Positions 28,797 to 37,892 of a stretch of 39,373 nucleotides of DNA are shown here, in pieces (within the stretch, counting starts at the first letter, position 1; every line of letters begins with the position of its first letter). The notes beneath the pieces were generated by a model. The model saw nothing but the letters and a program-made list of their open reading frames with translations, was not told where the DNA came from and ran no database searches. Source of the stretch: a virus (lineage: Duplodnaviria > Caudoviricetes); IMG/VR virus record IMGVR_UViG_3300008267_000209, positions 1-39,373 of that record, one strand, 5' to 3'. Both the position numbers and the translations under genes were made by a program.

Positions 28797-30101
28797 ATGG
28801 GAATATCAGGTGGACCATATATAGTAAGAGATAGTAGTTTAATATTAGAGCTAGATGCTGCTGATAAGAATTCTTATTCGGGAAGTGGAACTGTTTGGCG
28901 TGATTTAACTGCAAACAACAATAGTGGTTCTTTAACTAATGGACCTATATTTAGTTCTATTAATAATGGTTATTTTATTTTTGATGGAACAAATGATTAT
29001 ACTAGTACAACATATACAGTTCCTGCACAAAATTCTGCAACATCTTTTACATGGGATTGTTGGGTTTATCCTGTTAGAAACAGCACCCTTGATATTTTTA
29101 TAGGTAATCGTAGTACTACTTTAAATTTTATAAAATTACATAGTTCTAATTTTGAATATAGTACTTCATCACAATTTGGTGGTGCTATGCCATTAGATCA
29201 ATGGCACAATGTATGTGTAGTAAAAAATTTAACAAATTTCTCTTACTATAGAAATGGATCTTTAATAGCATCAACATCATCTGCTGCTTCTTTAAATGCA
29301 AATGCTTTTTTTATAGGTGGTGATAACACTGCAGGTGAATATGCTAAAGGCAGAGTTGCTAGTGTAAAAGTTTATGATAGAGCTTTATCGGCAACAGAAA
29401 TTCTTCAAAATTACAATGAACAAAAATCAAGATTTGAATACATAGGTATAGTAATAAGTGGCTCAGTATTAAATTTAGATGCAGGAGACCCATCATCATA
29501 CCCAGGAACAGGAACTACTTGGACTGATTTAAGTGGTAATGGAAATAATGGAACATTAGTAAATAGTCCTACATATAATTCTACTAGTGGAAGTTTTACT
29601 TTTAATGGATCTACTCAATATGCAACAACTCCTAGCCAAATTATTAATGTAACATCAAGTTGGACTACTAATGTGTGGTTTAAAACAACAGGTAGTACAA
29701 ATCTTCCTTCACTGGTTGTTAGGGGTAATGTAGGAGAAACTCTAATATGGGCTTGTTATTTACAAAATGCAACAGGTAGAGTACAATTTTTAATGAGAAA
29801 TTCAACTGACCAAGTGATTACAGGAACTACATCTACTAATGATAATAACTGGCATATGGCAACGTATACTAATACTGGTGGTTTAGTAACATTATATTTA
29901 GATGGAAACCAAGAAAATTCAGGAAGTATAACAAATTTAAGTAATATAGCAAATAATGTAGTATTAGGTAGATGGGGTGATAGTACTGGTCCTTATTATT
30001 ACAGAGGTCATATAGGAACAGTTCAAATGTACAATCGTGCTTTATCATCAACAGAAATCCTTCGAAATTATAACACACAAAAATCACGCTTCGGCTTATA
30101 A
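28797..30101 (+). CDS. Tandem two-domain LamG-like protein
   Basis: Two complete LDA..SY.G.GT.W.DL ... Y(D/N)RALS..EI..NY units. Confidence 0.8.
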   Translation: MGISGGPYIVRDSSLILELDAADKNSYSGSGTVWRDLTANNNSGSLTNGPIFSSINNGYFIFDGTNDYTSTTYTVPAQNSATSFTWDCWVYPVRNSTLDIFIGNRSTTLNFIKLHSSNFEYSTSSQFGGAMPLDQWHNVCVVKNLTNFSYYRNGSLIASTSSAASLNANAFFIGGDNTAGEYAKGRVASVKVYDRALSATEILQNYNEQKSRFEYIGIVISGSVLNLDAGDPSSYPGTGTTWTDLSGNGNNGTLVNSPTYNSTSGSFTFNGSTQYATTPSQIINVTSSWTTNVWFKTTGSTNLPSLVVRGNVGETLIWACYLQNATGRVQFLMRNSTDQVITGTTSTNDNNWHMATYTNTGGLVTLYLDGNQENSGSITNLSNIANNVVLGRWGDSTGPYYYRGHIGTVQMYNRALSSTEILRNYNTQKSRFGL

Positions 30102-30113
30102 AACAATACAATT

Positions 30114-30359
30114 ATGAATAACACGTACATGATCTTTAACGTATCAGAATTAGAACAAATTGATTTTACTCAAGTAAAAGAAACATCAATTGATACTGTT
30201 CGTAAATCAATAGATGGTACTAAAACATTTGTTAAATGGGAAGGTGAAACACCACAATGTGTAGTTGATTTAACAACAAAGGAAGGACCATATACTTATG
30301 AAGAAATATTAGCGATATTAGCTACTCCTGAGTGGACTGATCCTAATCCGCTTCCATAA
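30114..30359 (+). CDS. Small hypothetical protein (possible fibre accessory/chaperone)
   Basis: 81 aa; TVRKSIDGTKTFVKW, YTYEEILAILATPEW; ends cassette 2. Confidence 0.7.
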   Translation: MNNTYMIFNVSELEQIDFTQVKETSIDTVRKSIDGTKTFVKWEGETPQCVVDLTTKEGPYTYEEILAILATPEWTDPNPLP

Positions 30360-30402
30360 TATTTATATGTAAACCCCCGTTCTAGGGAGAGTGAACTAGA
30401 AC
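30359..30402 (+). promoter_or_regulatory. ATATTTAT motif plus conserved-loop hairpin
   Basis: Motif 30359-30366; GTTCTAG-GGAGAGTGAA-CTAGAAC 30379-30402, ending 9 nt before the ATG. Confidence 0.65.
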
Positions 30403-30411
30403 ACAACATAA

Positions 30412-31545
30412 ATGCCAAATGAATTTGTAGCCAGAAATGGCGTCATTGCTTTAAATAATAGCATTGTAACAGGATCTTTAAATGTTACAAATGGTATTAC
30501 TGGTTCATTATTGGGAACTGCTTCATATGCTGTAACTGCTTCTTTTGCCTTAAATGGAGGAAGTGGTGGATCTGGGGCATCGTATACACTCAATCAAACA
30601 ACACCATCTTCAACATGGACTGTTAATCATGGTTTAAATAACCAATTCCCTTCAATTACAGTATATGATAGTAATGGATTTGTAATAATCCCACAAAACA
30701 TATCTTCGTCTAATGTTAATCAAACCATAATAACATTTTCCTATACAGCCTCAGGATATGCAACAGCTGTAGTACAAGGAACTTCAGTTACTACAGCCTC
30801 TTACGCTACTAATGCATTATCATCTTCATTTGCTTCTACTGCATCATATATTCTTAATGCTACAAGTGCATCATTTGCTTCTACAGCATCATCTGCTGAT
30901 AACTTTTTAGTAAGAAATACTTTAACTGCTACAACAATAGTAGTACAAACAATAACTTCATCAGTTGATTTTGTAACAGGATCAACTCGTTTTGGTACTA
31001 CTACTAGTAATACACATCAATTTACTGGTAGTGTTAATATAAGTGGTAGTCTTACCTCAAATGGAAACACAACAGTAACAGGCTCATTTACTGTAATTTC
31101 AGGCAGTGCTGTAGAGTTTCTAGTTACAAACACTGGAGTTAGAATAGGAAATGCTGTTACTGATACACATACATTAACTGGTTCTTTTAGTATTAGTGGT
31201 AGTATAACAGGATCAAGACTAAATCCAAGAGCAGTTACAACTGCTTCTACAGCAACAATTACTCCTGATTTAAATGCAGGAGATGTCTTTACAATCACAT
31301 CACAATCTGTTTCTTTAGTATTTGCTAATCCAACAGGTAATCCTGTTGAGGGTCAAAGAATGATTATAAGAATTAAAGATAATGGTACAGCAAGAGCTTT
31401 AAACTTTTCAGGATCTCAATATCGTGCATCAACAGATTTAACATTTCCTGCCTCTTCATCTGCAAGTAAAATTTTATATTTAGGATTTGTATATAATTCA
31501 ACAGATACTAAATGGGATTTATTAGCTAAACTTGATAATTTTTAA
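30412..31545 (+). CDS. Fibre/stalk protein 3 (377 aa, MPNEF- start)
   Basis: TWTVNHGLN..P.ITVYD small beta domain, SADNF module, distinct C-terminal domain (GQRMIIRIKDNGTARAL..KWDLLA). Confidence 0.72.
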   Translation: MPNEFVARNGVIALNNSIVTGSLNVTNGITGSLLGTASYAVTASFALNGGSGGSGASYTLNQTTPSSTWTVNHGLNNQFPSITVYDSNGFVIIPQNISSSNVNQTIITFSYTASGYATAVVQGTSVTTASYATNALSSSFASTASYILNATSASFASTASSADNFLVRNTLTATTIVVQTITSSVDFVTGSTRFGTTTSNTHQFTGSVNISGSLTSNGNTTVTGSFTVISGSAVEFLVTNTGVRIGNAVTDTHTLTGSFSISGSITGSRLNPRAVTTASTATITPDLNAGDVFTITSQSVSLVFANPTGNPVEGQRMIIRIKDNGTARALNFSGSQYRASTDLTFPASSSASKILYLGFVYNSTDTKWDLLAKLDNF

Positions 31546-31551
31546 CAGTAT

Positions 31552-32934
31552 ATGGGAGTAGCTCTTTTTACCAATTACTTTACATCATCTATTTTTATTG
31601 CTCCTAGCGGATCTTCTCCAATAACAGCTTCTTGTTGGGGTGGAGGACAAGGTGGTTATGCTTCTACTGACGACTTTATTGAAGACCCCCCAGGATCTGG
31701 TGAATTTTATGTTATTTACTATTCAGCCCCAGGAGGTACTGGGGGATCATACGCAAGAAAAACATTAAATATTACATCTGGTAGTACCTATCAATTAGTA
31801 GTAGGAGGAGGAGGAGGGGGATCAACACAAGTCAATAGCTACCCCAGTTCTCCTAATGCTGGAGCTGCTGGTGGTGATAGTTGGTTTAGTGGATCTGGTA
31901 TAGTTAGAGCAAAAGGAGGAGCAAGCTCTAATAGTAATATAGGAGATGTTACCTATGTAGGAGGAAATGGAGCATACACAGGAGGAGGAGGAGGTGCTGG
32001 TTCAACAGGAAACGGTGGCAATGCTAGTGGACCAACAGGAGGAACAGGAACTGCGGTAAGTGGAGGAAATGGAGGAACTAACAGTGCCGGAAATACATTT
32101 GGAGGGGGTGGATCAGGTGGATCAGATTCTGGTTTTTTTAATCCACCTTTTTACTATGGAAAAACTGGAGCTCAAGGATTAATAATATTACAATTTCCTG
32201 GTACTTCATCAATAGAACAATTTGTATTTTCTACTACATGGAGATGCCCTGATGGAGTATATTATGTTACTGCTTCTTGTTGGGGTGGAGGTGGAAATGG
32301 TGGAGCTGGTGATGGAGCACCAGGCGCTGCCGCTGAAGGAGGTAGTGGTGGTGGTGGTGCATTTGCACAAAAAATAATTGCTGTATACCCAGGCAATTCA
32401 TATACAGTTACTATAGGAGGAATAGCAGGTGATAGTTGGTTTAGTTCTACCTCTACAGTATTAGCAAAAGGAGGAGGAAATGGTGGTAATGCATCTTGTG
32501 TTTTTTTTAGTTTCTTTAATGAATGGGTTTGTTCCCCTGGAGAGGGAGGAGCAGGTGGATCTGCAGCTGCTTCAATAGGAGATATTAAATATGCAGGAGG
32601 AAATGGTGGAACTGCACATGGAGGAGCAGGTGGTGCTGGTTTAAGTGGGGCTGGAATAAGTTCAACTGGTGCTACTGGAGAAAATATAGCTTCAAGTTCT
32701 TTAGCATTTACTAGAATATCAAATGGAAAGGGAGGAAATTATCAAAGCAGTAACCAAGGCCTCCCAGCAACTGCTTTTGGATGTGGTGGTGGTGCAGGTT
32801 CAGTTTTTGAATTTGATCCCGGAGAATTTACTGGTTTTAATGGAGGAGCAGGATCCCAAGGTTTAGTAATACTAGAATATGCAACCGGAGGAACCCCAGC
32901 AATACAACCAGGAGCATTCTTTTATATTTTATAA
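31552..32934 (+). CDS. Glycine-rich (polyglycine-II type) adhesin-like protein, two domains
   Basis: Two TASCWGGG..GDSWF..AKGG..G(A/S)QGL(I/V)IL units with aromatic loop inserts. Confidence 0.7.
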   Translation: MGVALFTNYFTSSIFIAPSGSSPITASCWGGGQGGYASTDDFIEDPPGSGEFYVIYYSAPGGTGGSYARKTLNITSGSTYQLVVGGGGGGSTQVNSYPSSPNAGAAGGDSWFSGSGIVRAKGGASSNSNIGDVTYVGGNGAYTGGGGGAGSTGNGGNASGPTGGTGTAVSGGNGGTNSAGNTFGGGGSGGSDSGFFNPPFYYGKTGAQGLIILQFPGTSSIEQFVFSTTWRCPDGVYYVTASCWGGGGNGGAGDGAPGAAAEGGSGGGGAFAQKIIAVYPGNSYTVTIGGIAGDSWFSSTSTVLAKGGGNGGNASCVFFSFFNEWVCSPGEGGAGGSAAASIGDIKYAGGNGGTAHGGAGGAGLSGAGISSTGATGENIASSSLAFTRISNGKGGNYQSSNQGLPATAFGCGGGAGSVFEFDPGEFTGFNGGAGSQGLVILEYATGGTPAIQPGAFFYIL

Positions 32935-32961
32935 AACAAACTTATTTAATACGTATAATAG

Positions 32962-34365
32962 ATGATAATAGATAGTGGTATAGCAACAAGTTCACTTAAT
33001 GTTTCCGGTTCTTTTACCGTTGTAACAGGTAGCTCTATTGAATTTCAAGTTATAAATACTGGAGTTAAAATAGGAAATATTATTACTGATACTCATACCG
33101 TAACAGGATCTCTTAATGTTAGTGGTAGTATAACAGGATCCCTACTTGGAACTGCATCATTCGCTACAACATCATCTTTTGCTTTAAATGCTGGAGGTGC
33201 TTCTGGCGATAAAATTACTACAGGCAGTATAACTGCATCTGTTGATGTAACAGGAGCTACATTTAGACTAATAAGTGGTTCATCTACTTATTTATATGTA
33301 AGTAGTAGTGGTAATGTTGGTATAGGTACCTCTTCTCCTAATGATATGGTACATATATCATCATCAGGCAATGATAGGTTTTTAAAAATACAAAATTCTA
33401 ATAGTTATACTGGGATTTGGTTAGAAGATAGTGGAGCTAACAATGGATGGTTATTATTGTCTGGATACACATCAGTTACCTCTCCTGGAGATTTTGCTAT
33501 TAGGGAATATGGAGTTCAAACTTCATTAACAATAAAATCAGGATCTGGTAATATAGGCATAGGTACCATAGCTCCAGCAGCAAAACTTCAAGTATCAGGT
33601 ACAGTAAACGTAGCCAATATTAGAGGTTCAGGTAGTGCAACAACACAATCTATATTCACAGTTGATGGAGCAGCAGGCCGTCTCTTTAGTGTAAATGATT
33701 CACTTTCAGGCTCACTATTTTCAGTTAATACAATTGCCGGTTTACCTGTAATGGAAGCATTTTCAGACAATACAGTTCGTATTGGACAATACGGACAAAG
33801 AGTATTATATGTTTCTCAATCTAGAGTTGGTATTGGAAAAGAAACAGCATTAAATGCTACTTTAGATATAAGTGGAAGTGTTACTATTACTGGATCTTTA
33901 AATTTAACAGGAAGTATTACCCAAATTGGCAACATAACAACAACTGGATCTTTAAATGTTAGTGGTAGTATTACCGGTTCTCTTCTAGGTACTGCTTCAT
34001 TTGCTACAACAGCTTCATTTGCACTAAATGCAGGAGCTGGAGGTGGATCAACAGCAATAACTTTTAATAGACAAACAGCTAGCTATACTTTAGCTCTTAC
34101 TGATGCTAATAAAATAGTAGAAATGAACTCAGCTTCTGCTAATACAGTAACTGTACCCTCATCATCAGTAGTAAACTTTACTACAGGTTCACAAATTACA
34201 GTCACACAATATGGCTCAGGCCAAACCAGCTTTACTACAGGTAGCACAAACGTAACTATAAGAAGTGCAAATAGCTGGTTAAAAATAAACGCTAGATATG
34301 GCGCGGCTACTTTAACTAAAGTAGGAAATGATGAATGGTATTTGATTGGAAACTTAAACGCATAA
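32962..34365 (+). CDS. Fibre/stalk protein 4 (467 aa)
   Basis: GN(V/I)GIGT repeats; LFSV.D.LSGSLFSVN.I.G.PV.EAFSD block shared with the 513-aa protein; C-terminal YTLALTDANKIVEMN..EWYLIGNL domain. Confidence 0.72.
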   Translation: MIIDSGIATSSLNVSGSFTVVTGSSIEFQVINTGVKIGNIITDTHTVTGSLNVSGSITGSLLGTASFATTSSFALNAGGASGDKITTGSITASVDVTGATFRLISGSSTYLYVSSSGNVGIGTSSPNDMVHISSSGNDRFLKIQNSNSYTGIWLEDSGANNGWLLLSGYTSVTSPGDFAIREYGVQTSLTIKSGSGNIGIGTIAPAAKLQVSGTVNVANIRGSGSATTQSIFTVDGAAGRLFSVNDSLSGSLFSVNTIAGLPVMEAFSDNTVRIGQYGQRVLYVSQSRVGIGKETALNATLDISGSVTITGSLNLTGSITQIGNITTTGSLNVSGSITGSLLGTASFATTASFALNAGAGGGSTAITFNRQTASYTLALTDANKIVEMNSASANTVTVPSSSVVNFTTGSQITVTQYGSGQTSFTTGSTNVTIRSANSWLKINARYGAATLTKVGNDEWYLIGNLNA

Positions 34366-34369
34366 CGTT

Positions 34370-36508
34370 ATGAATTTAGGAGATGGAATTATAGATAGTG
34401 GTGATGGAACTATTGGAAGTGGATCTATTTTATACTTAGATGCTGCTCAATTGCGTTCGTACTCTGGATCTGGAACTACTTGGTTTAATTTAAGTGGGGG
34501 TAGTAATAGTGGATCTTTAACTAATGGACCAACATTTAATTCTGATAATGGTGGTAGTATAGTTTTTGATGGTACAAATGATTATGTAGATTGTGGTAGT
34601 TCTTCATTATTAAATTTTGGAACAGGAAATTTTACATTATGTGCTTGGTTCAGAACAAGTACATCTGTTAGAGCAACAATACTTAGTAGATTTGATTATA
34701 ATAATACAGGAACTATTGAAAGAGGTTATCTCATAGATATATTATCAACAGGTAAAATAAGGGGACTTTTTGCGACCAATGGTACTAATTATAGAGTAGC
34801 TGATTCAAACACTAGTGTAAATACAAATAATTATTTTCATGTTACAATAACTCGTACTATTGCAGATATTATAAATTTATATATTAATGGTGTATTTGAA
34901 TCTGCAAATACGCTTATATCAGGTAACCCATCTAACATTGATGCTGTAACAGCATCATTTTCAATTGCGAGAAGAGCAGATTATCAAACACCAGCATTTA
35001 CAAATTATTTGGCAGCAAATATTCCATTAGTTCAAGTTTATAATCGTGCCTTATCCCCACTAGAAGTTTTTAATAACTACAACGTAGTTAAATCACGCTT
35101 TGGATATAACCAAATAGTGTCAAGTGGTTCTGTTTTATTTTTAGATGCTAGTAATACATTATCATATCCTGGAACAGGAAATACTTGGAGTAGTTTAAGT
35201 GTAACTACTAATAGTGGATCTTTATCAAGTACTACATTTGAAGGCAGTAGTGGAGGTGGTATTGTATTTGGTAGTATGAGTACTAATGTAAATATTACAC
35301 CAAACAATAGTACAATGGCTGTATGGTTTAAATGGAATGGTACTAATCAGACATCTGCAATCTTATATTTAGGTAATACCGGAGCAACTGGTTTAGGACT
35401 TACTATAAATAATGGATCGGGAGGTTCGGGAAATATTGTTACTATACTTTATGGAGGTATTACATGGAATCCTGCTGGACTAAGTACAGCTACTCTTACA
35501 CCCGGTGTATATACTCATTTAGTAGTAACAAGAGATGGAACAACCACAAGATTTTATCAAAATGGTGCTTCTTTAGGTTCATCAACTGTTACTCCAAATA
35601 GTAGTACTACACCATTAAATCTTGCTGGTGCTCCTGGTGGTACTATATCAAATTTACAGATATACGATCGTGCATTAACCGCAACAGAAGTTTATCAAAA
35701 TTATATTGTTCAAAGACCACAGTTTTCTCCAATCTCAAATGTTATAGCTACCGGTGGAACAGTAACAGATTCTGGTGGATATCGCTATCATACTTTTAAT
35801 AGTAGTGGCAATTTTGTTGTCACTCAGAGTGGTGTTATAGAATATTTAGTTGTCGCTGGTGGTGGTGGTGGTGGAGATAGACACGGTGGAGGTGGAGGAG
35901 GTGGTGGATACATAGCATCTAGTACTACAGTAAGCGCAAGTACATATACAATAACAGTAGGTGGAGGTGGTGTCGCAGGTAATTATGAAGGTGGCGGATT
36001 ATCACCATTAGGTGTAGGTGGTCGAGGCAATGATTCATCAGCCTTTGGTCAGACTGCTAATGGTGGAGGTGGTGGTGGTACATACGATGGTAATCCTACT
36101 GGTACATTTGGATCTGGTGGAGGTGGAGGTGGAAATAGCCGTCCTGGAATAGCCGGCACCTCAGGCCAAGGTAACAGTGGTGGTAGTGGAGCAAACCCTG
36201 GAGGTGGCGGAGGTGGAGGAGCTGGCGGAACAGGCGGTAATGCAAATAATGGTTCAGGTGGTGTAGGTAAACAATGGCTAAATGGTAATTTTTATGCCGG
36301 TGGTGGTGGTGGTGCATGGGCTGCTGCAGGTGGTCCTTCAACACCTGGTGGAAATGGAGGAGGTGGTGATGGTGCTTGGGATAGTGCTACATTAACAGCA
36401 GGAGGTGCCAATACAGGTGGCGGTGGAGGAGCCTCAAGATCAGCCAACGTAGTTTCAATAGGTGCTGCTGGTGGATCAGGAGTAGTAATAATTAGATATT
36501 TAATATAA
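34370..36508 (+). CDS. Adhesin-like fusion: two LamG-like domains plus a glycine-rich domain
   Basis: Two LDA..SY.G.G.TW ... Y(N/D)RAL units, then ATGG..GYRYHTF.SSG.F..EYLVVAGGGGGG ... GGSGVVIIRY. Confidence 0.78.
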   Translation: MNLGDGIIDSGDGTIGSGSILYLDAAQLRSYSGSGTTWFNLSGGSNSGSLTNGPTFNSDNGGSIVFDGTNDYVDCGSSSLLNFGTGNFTLCAWFRTSTSVRATILSRFDYNNTGTIERGYLIDILSTGKIRGLFATNGTNYRVADSNTSVNTNNYFHVTITRTIADIINLYINGVFESANTLISGNPSNIDAVTASFSIARRADYQTPAFTNYLAANIPLVQVYNRALSPLEVFNNYNVVKSRFGYNQIVSSGSVLFLDASNTLSYPGTGNTWSSLSVTTNSGSLSSTTFEGSSGGGIVFGSMSTNVNITPNNSTMAVWFKWNGTNQTSAILYLGNTGATGLGLTINNGSGGSGNIVTILYGGITWNPAGLSTATLTPGVYTHLVVTRDGTTTRFYQNGASLGSSTVTPNSSTTPLNLAGAPGGTISNLQIYDRALTATEVYQNYIVQRPQFSPISNVIATGGTVTDSGGYRYHTFNSSGNFVVTQSGVIEYLVVAGGGGGGDRHGGGGGGGGYIASSTTVSASTYTITVGGGGVAGNYEGGGLSPLGVGGRGNDSSAFGQTANGGGGGGTYDGNPTGTFGSGGGGGGNSRPGIAGTSGQGNSGGSGANPGGGGGGGAGGTGGNANNGSGGVGKQWLNGNFYAGGGGGAWAAAGGPSTPGGNGGGGDGAWDSATLTAGGANTGGGGGASRSANVVSIGAAGGSGVVIIRYLI

Positions 36509-36511
36509 ATT

Positions 36512-36802
36512 ATGTATAGCGCAAATATTGAAAACGGTATAGTAAAACAAGTAATTGTTGGTAATTCTACATGGGCAATTGAAAATCTTGGTGGCACGTG
36601 GGTAGATACAGAAGTACTAGTTGGTATTGGATGGACTTGGAACGAAATAGAAGGATTTCGCTCACTGCAACCATATCCTTCATGGACATGGAACTCAGAA
36701 ACCTACCGATGGAAAGCACCTGTCCCCTATCCTAATAATGATGGAATTGATTATGTTTGGAATGAAGAAACTCAAGAATGGGATGTAATTGATACTTTAT
36801 AA
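36512..36802 (+). CDS. Trp-rich small protein, possible tip assembly chaperone
   Basis: QPYPSWTWN..WKAPVPYP..YVWNEETQEW; directly follows the glycine-rich gene. Confidence 0.65.
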   Translation: MYSANIENGIVKQVIVGNSTWAIENLGGTWVDTEVLVGIGWTWNEIEGFRSLQPYPSWTWNSETYRWKAPVPYPNNDGIDYVWNEETQEWDVIDTL

Positions 36803-36805
36803 ACA

Positions 36806-36840
36806 AATTTGGTTGTTTCCAAATTCTACTATATATTTAT
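36806..36840 (+). promoter_or_regulatory. Inverted repeat plus ATATTTAT motif
   Basis: AATTTGG-TTGTTT-CCAAATT 36806-36825; motif 36833-36840; also reads TTTG-N20-TATATTTA. Confidence 0.5.
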
Positions 36841-36863
36841 ATATATAAACAAAAACTAAAATT

Positions 36864-37127
36864 ATGTTAACAGTTATTATCGTATTAGTACTTGCCGCTG
36901 CTCTTACTTTTTTCCTTATGAAAAAAGGCAAAATCGCTGATGCAAACAACAACAACATTCCTGACGTAATTGAAAACAAAGTAGAAACCGTTAAAGAAAC
37001 GGTTAAAGACGTTGTTGCGGACGTTAAAGAAGAAGTTAAAAAGCTAAAAAAGCCTGCTGCTAAAAAACCTGCTGCTAAACCTTCTATGGGTACTGGTGGT
37101 AAGAAAATTATCAAAAAGGAAAAGTAA
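36864..37127 (+). CDS. Small N-terminally membrane-anchored protein with Lys/Ala/Pro-rich tail
   Basis: Hydrophobic residues 2-19, DANNNNIPD, KKPAAKKPAAK. Confidence 0.75.
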   Translation: MLTVIIVLVLAAALTFFLMKKGKIADANNNNIPDVIENKVETVKETVKDVVADVKEEVKKLKKPAAKKPAAKPSMGTGGKKIIKKEK

Positions 37128-37372
37128 TGAGTGAAGAAACTAAAAAATTCCTTACTGAGGAAGAACTAGTACAACTCAAGAGCTTTAGAGCAAATAAAAA
37201 TCAAATTACATTTGCTATAGGCGAAAATCGTCTTCAAAAAGAATCATTACTTTCTACTTATCGCAATTTAGTATCTCAAGAGCAAGAGTTCCTAAATAAA
37301 CTCTCCATTAAATATGGTGATGGAAGTCTTGATATGAATACTGGTGAAATAGTATCTGCACCTAATGAATAA
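37127..37372 (+). CDS. Small coiled-coil protein, paralogue of 37608..37874
   Basis: LTEEEL...KYGDGSLDMNTGEI. Confidence 0.75.
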   Translation: MSEETKKFLTEEELVQLKSFRANKNQITFAIGENRLQKESLLSTYRNLVSQEQEFLNKLSIKYGDGSLDMNTGEIVSAPNE

Positions 37373-37598
37373 AATCTCAGAGATATTTAAGGCATGGGTA
37401 ACCGCAGCTAATCCAACACCTGATCAACAAGCTATAGCTGAATATAGAGCTAGTGTTTGTGATTCATGTGATAAAAAAACACATATTTCAACAATTAATT
37501 CATTTATTTGTGGAGAATGTGGTTGCCCACTAAGTAAAAAAGTATTTTCACCTAAACCAGGTCCAGAAGCTTGCCCATTAGCTAAATGGGAAAAATAA
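37365..37598 (+). CDS. Small Cys-rich putative metal-binding protein
   Basis: R..VCDSC...CGECGCPL.KK...CPLAKW (six Cys). Confidence 0.75.
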   Translation: MNKISEIFKAWVTAANPTPDQQAIAEYRASVCDSCDKKTHISTINSFICGECGCPLSKKVFSPKPGPEACPLAKWEK

Positions 37599-37607
37599 AA
37601 TAATGTT

Positions 37608-37874
37608 ATGCCACAATTAACCACAGAAGAATTACAATCAATTAAAGATCTTCAATCAAAGTACAACCAAACTTTATTTGAAATTGGTGTTACTGAAGCA
37701 CAGCGACTAGCTCTGCAAGAGCAAGTTGGAAAACTTGAAGAAAGTAAAAAACAATTAGTTAATGATCTTGTAACAATTGAACAAAAAGAATCAGATCTAA
37801 CTAAATCTCTTCAAGAAAAATACGGAAGCGGTTCAATTAACCCCGAAACAGGAGAAATCACGCCTATCCAGTAA
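37608..37874 (+). CDS. Small coiled-coil protein, paralogue of 37127..37372
   Basis: LTTEEL...KYGSGSINPETGEI. Confidence 0.75.
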   Translation: MPQLTTEELQSIKDLQSKYNQTLFEIGVTEAQRLALQEQVGKLEESKKQLVNDLVTIEQKESDLTKSLQEKYGSGSINPETGEITPIQ

Positions 37875-37892
37875 TAGTTTCGCGTTTTATAG

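Noticed and set aside
23444-30101. Diversity-generating retroelement targeting the lectin genes
   Set aside because: No reverse transcriptase and no TR/VR pair differing only at adenines in this window; the AAC-rich 3' block is conserved, not variable.
1945-36841. TATTTATA read as antisense T4 late promoters (TATAAATA on the minus strand)
   Set aside because: Only about half of the copies give the exact T4 box, no minus-strand genes exist, and copies sit consistently upstream of plus-strand starts; antisense use cannot be fully excluded.
1525-37624. Minus-strand and nested ORFs in the track (e.g. 1525-1860, 5796-6308, 36292-36597)
   Set aside because: Shadows of plus-strand genes with biased composition; no motifs or independent signals.
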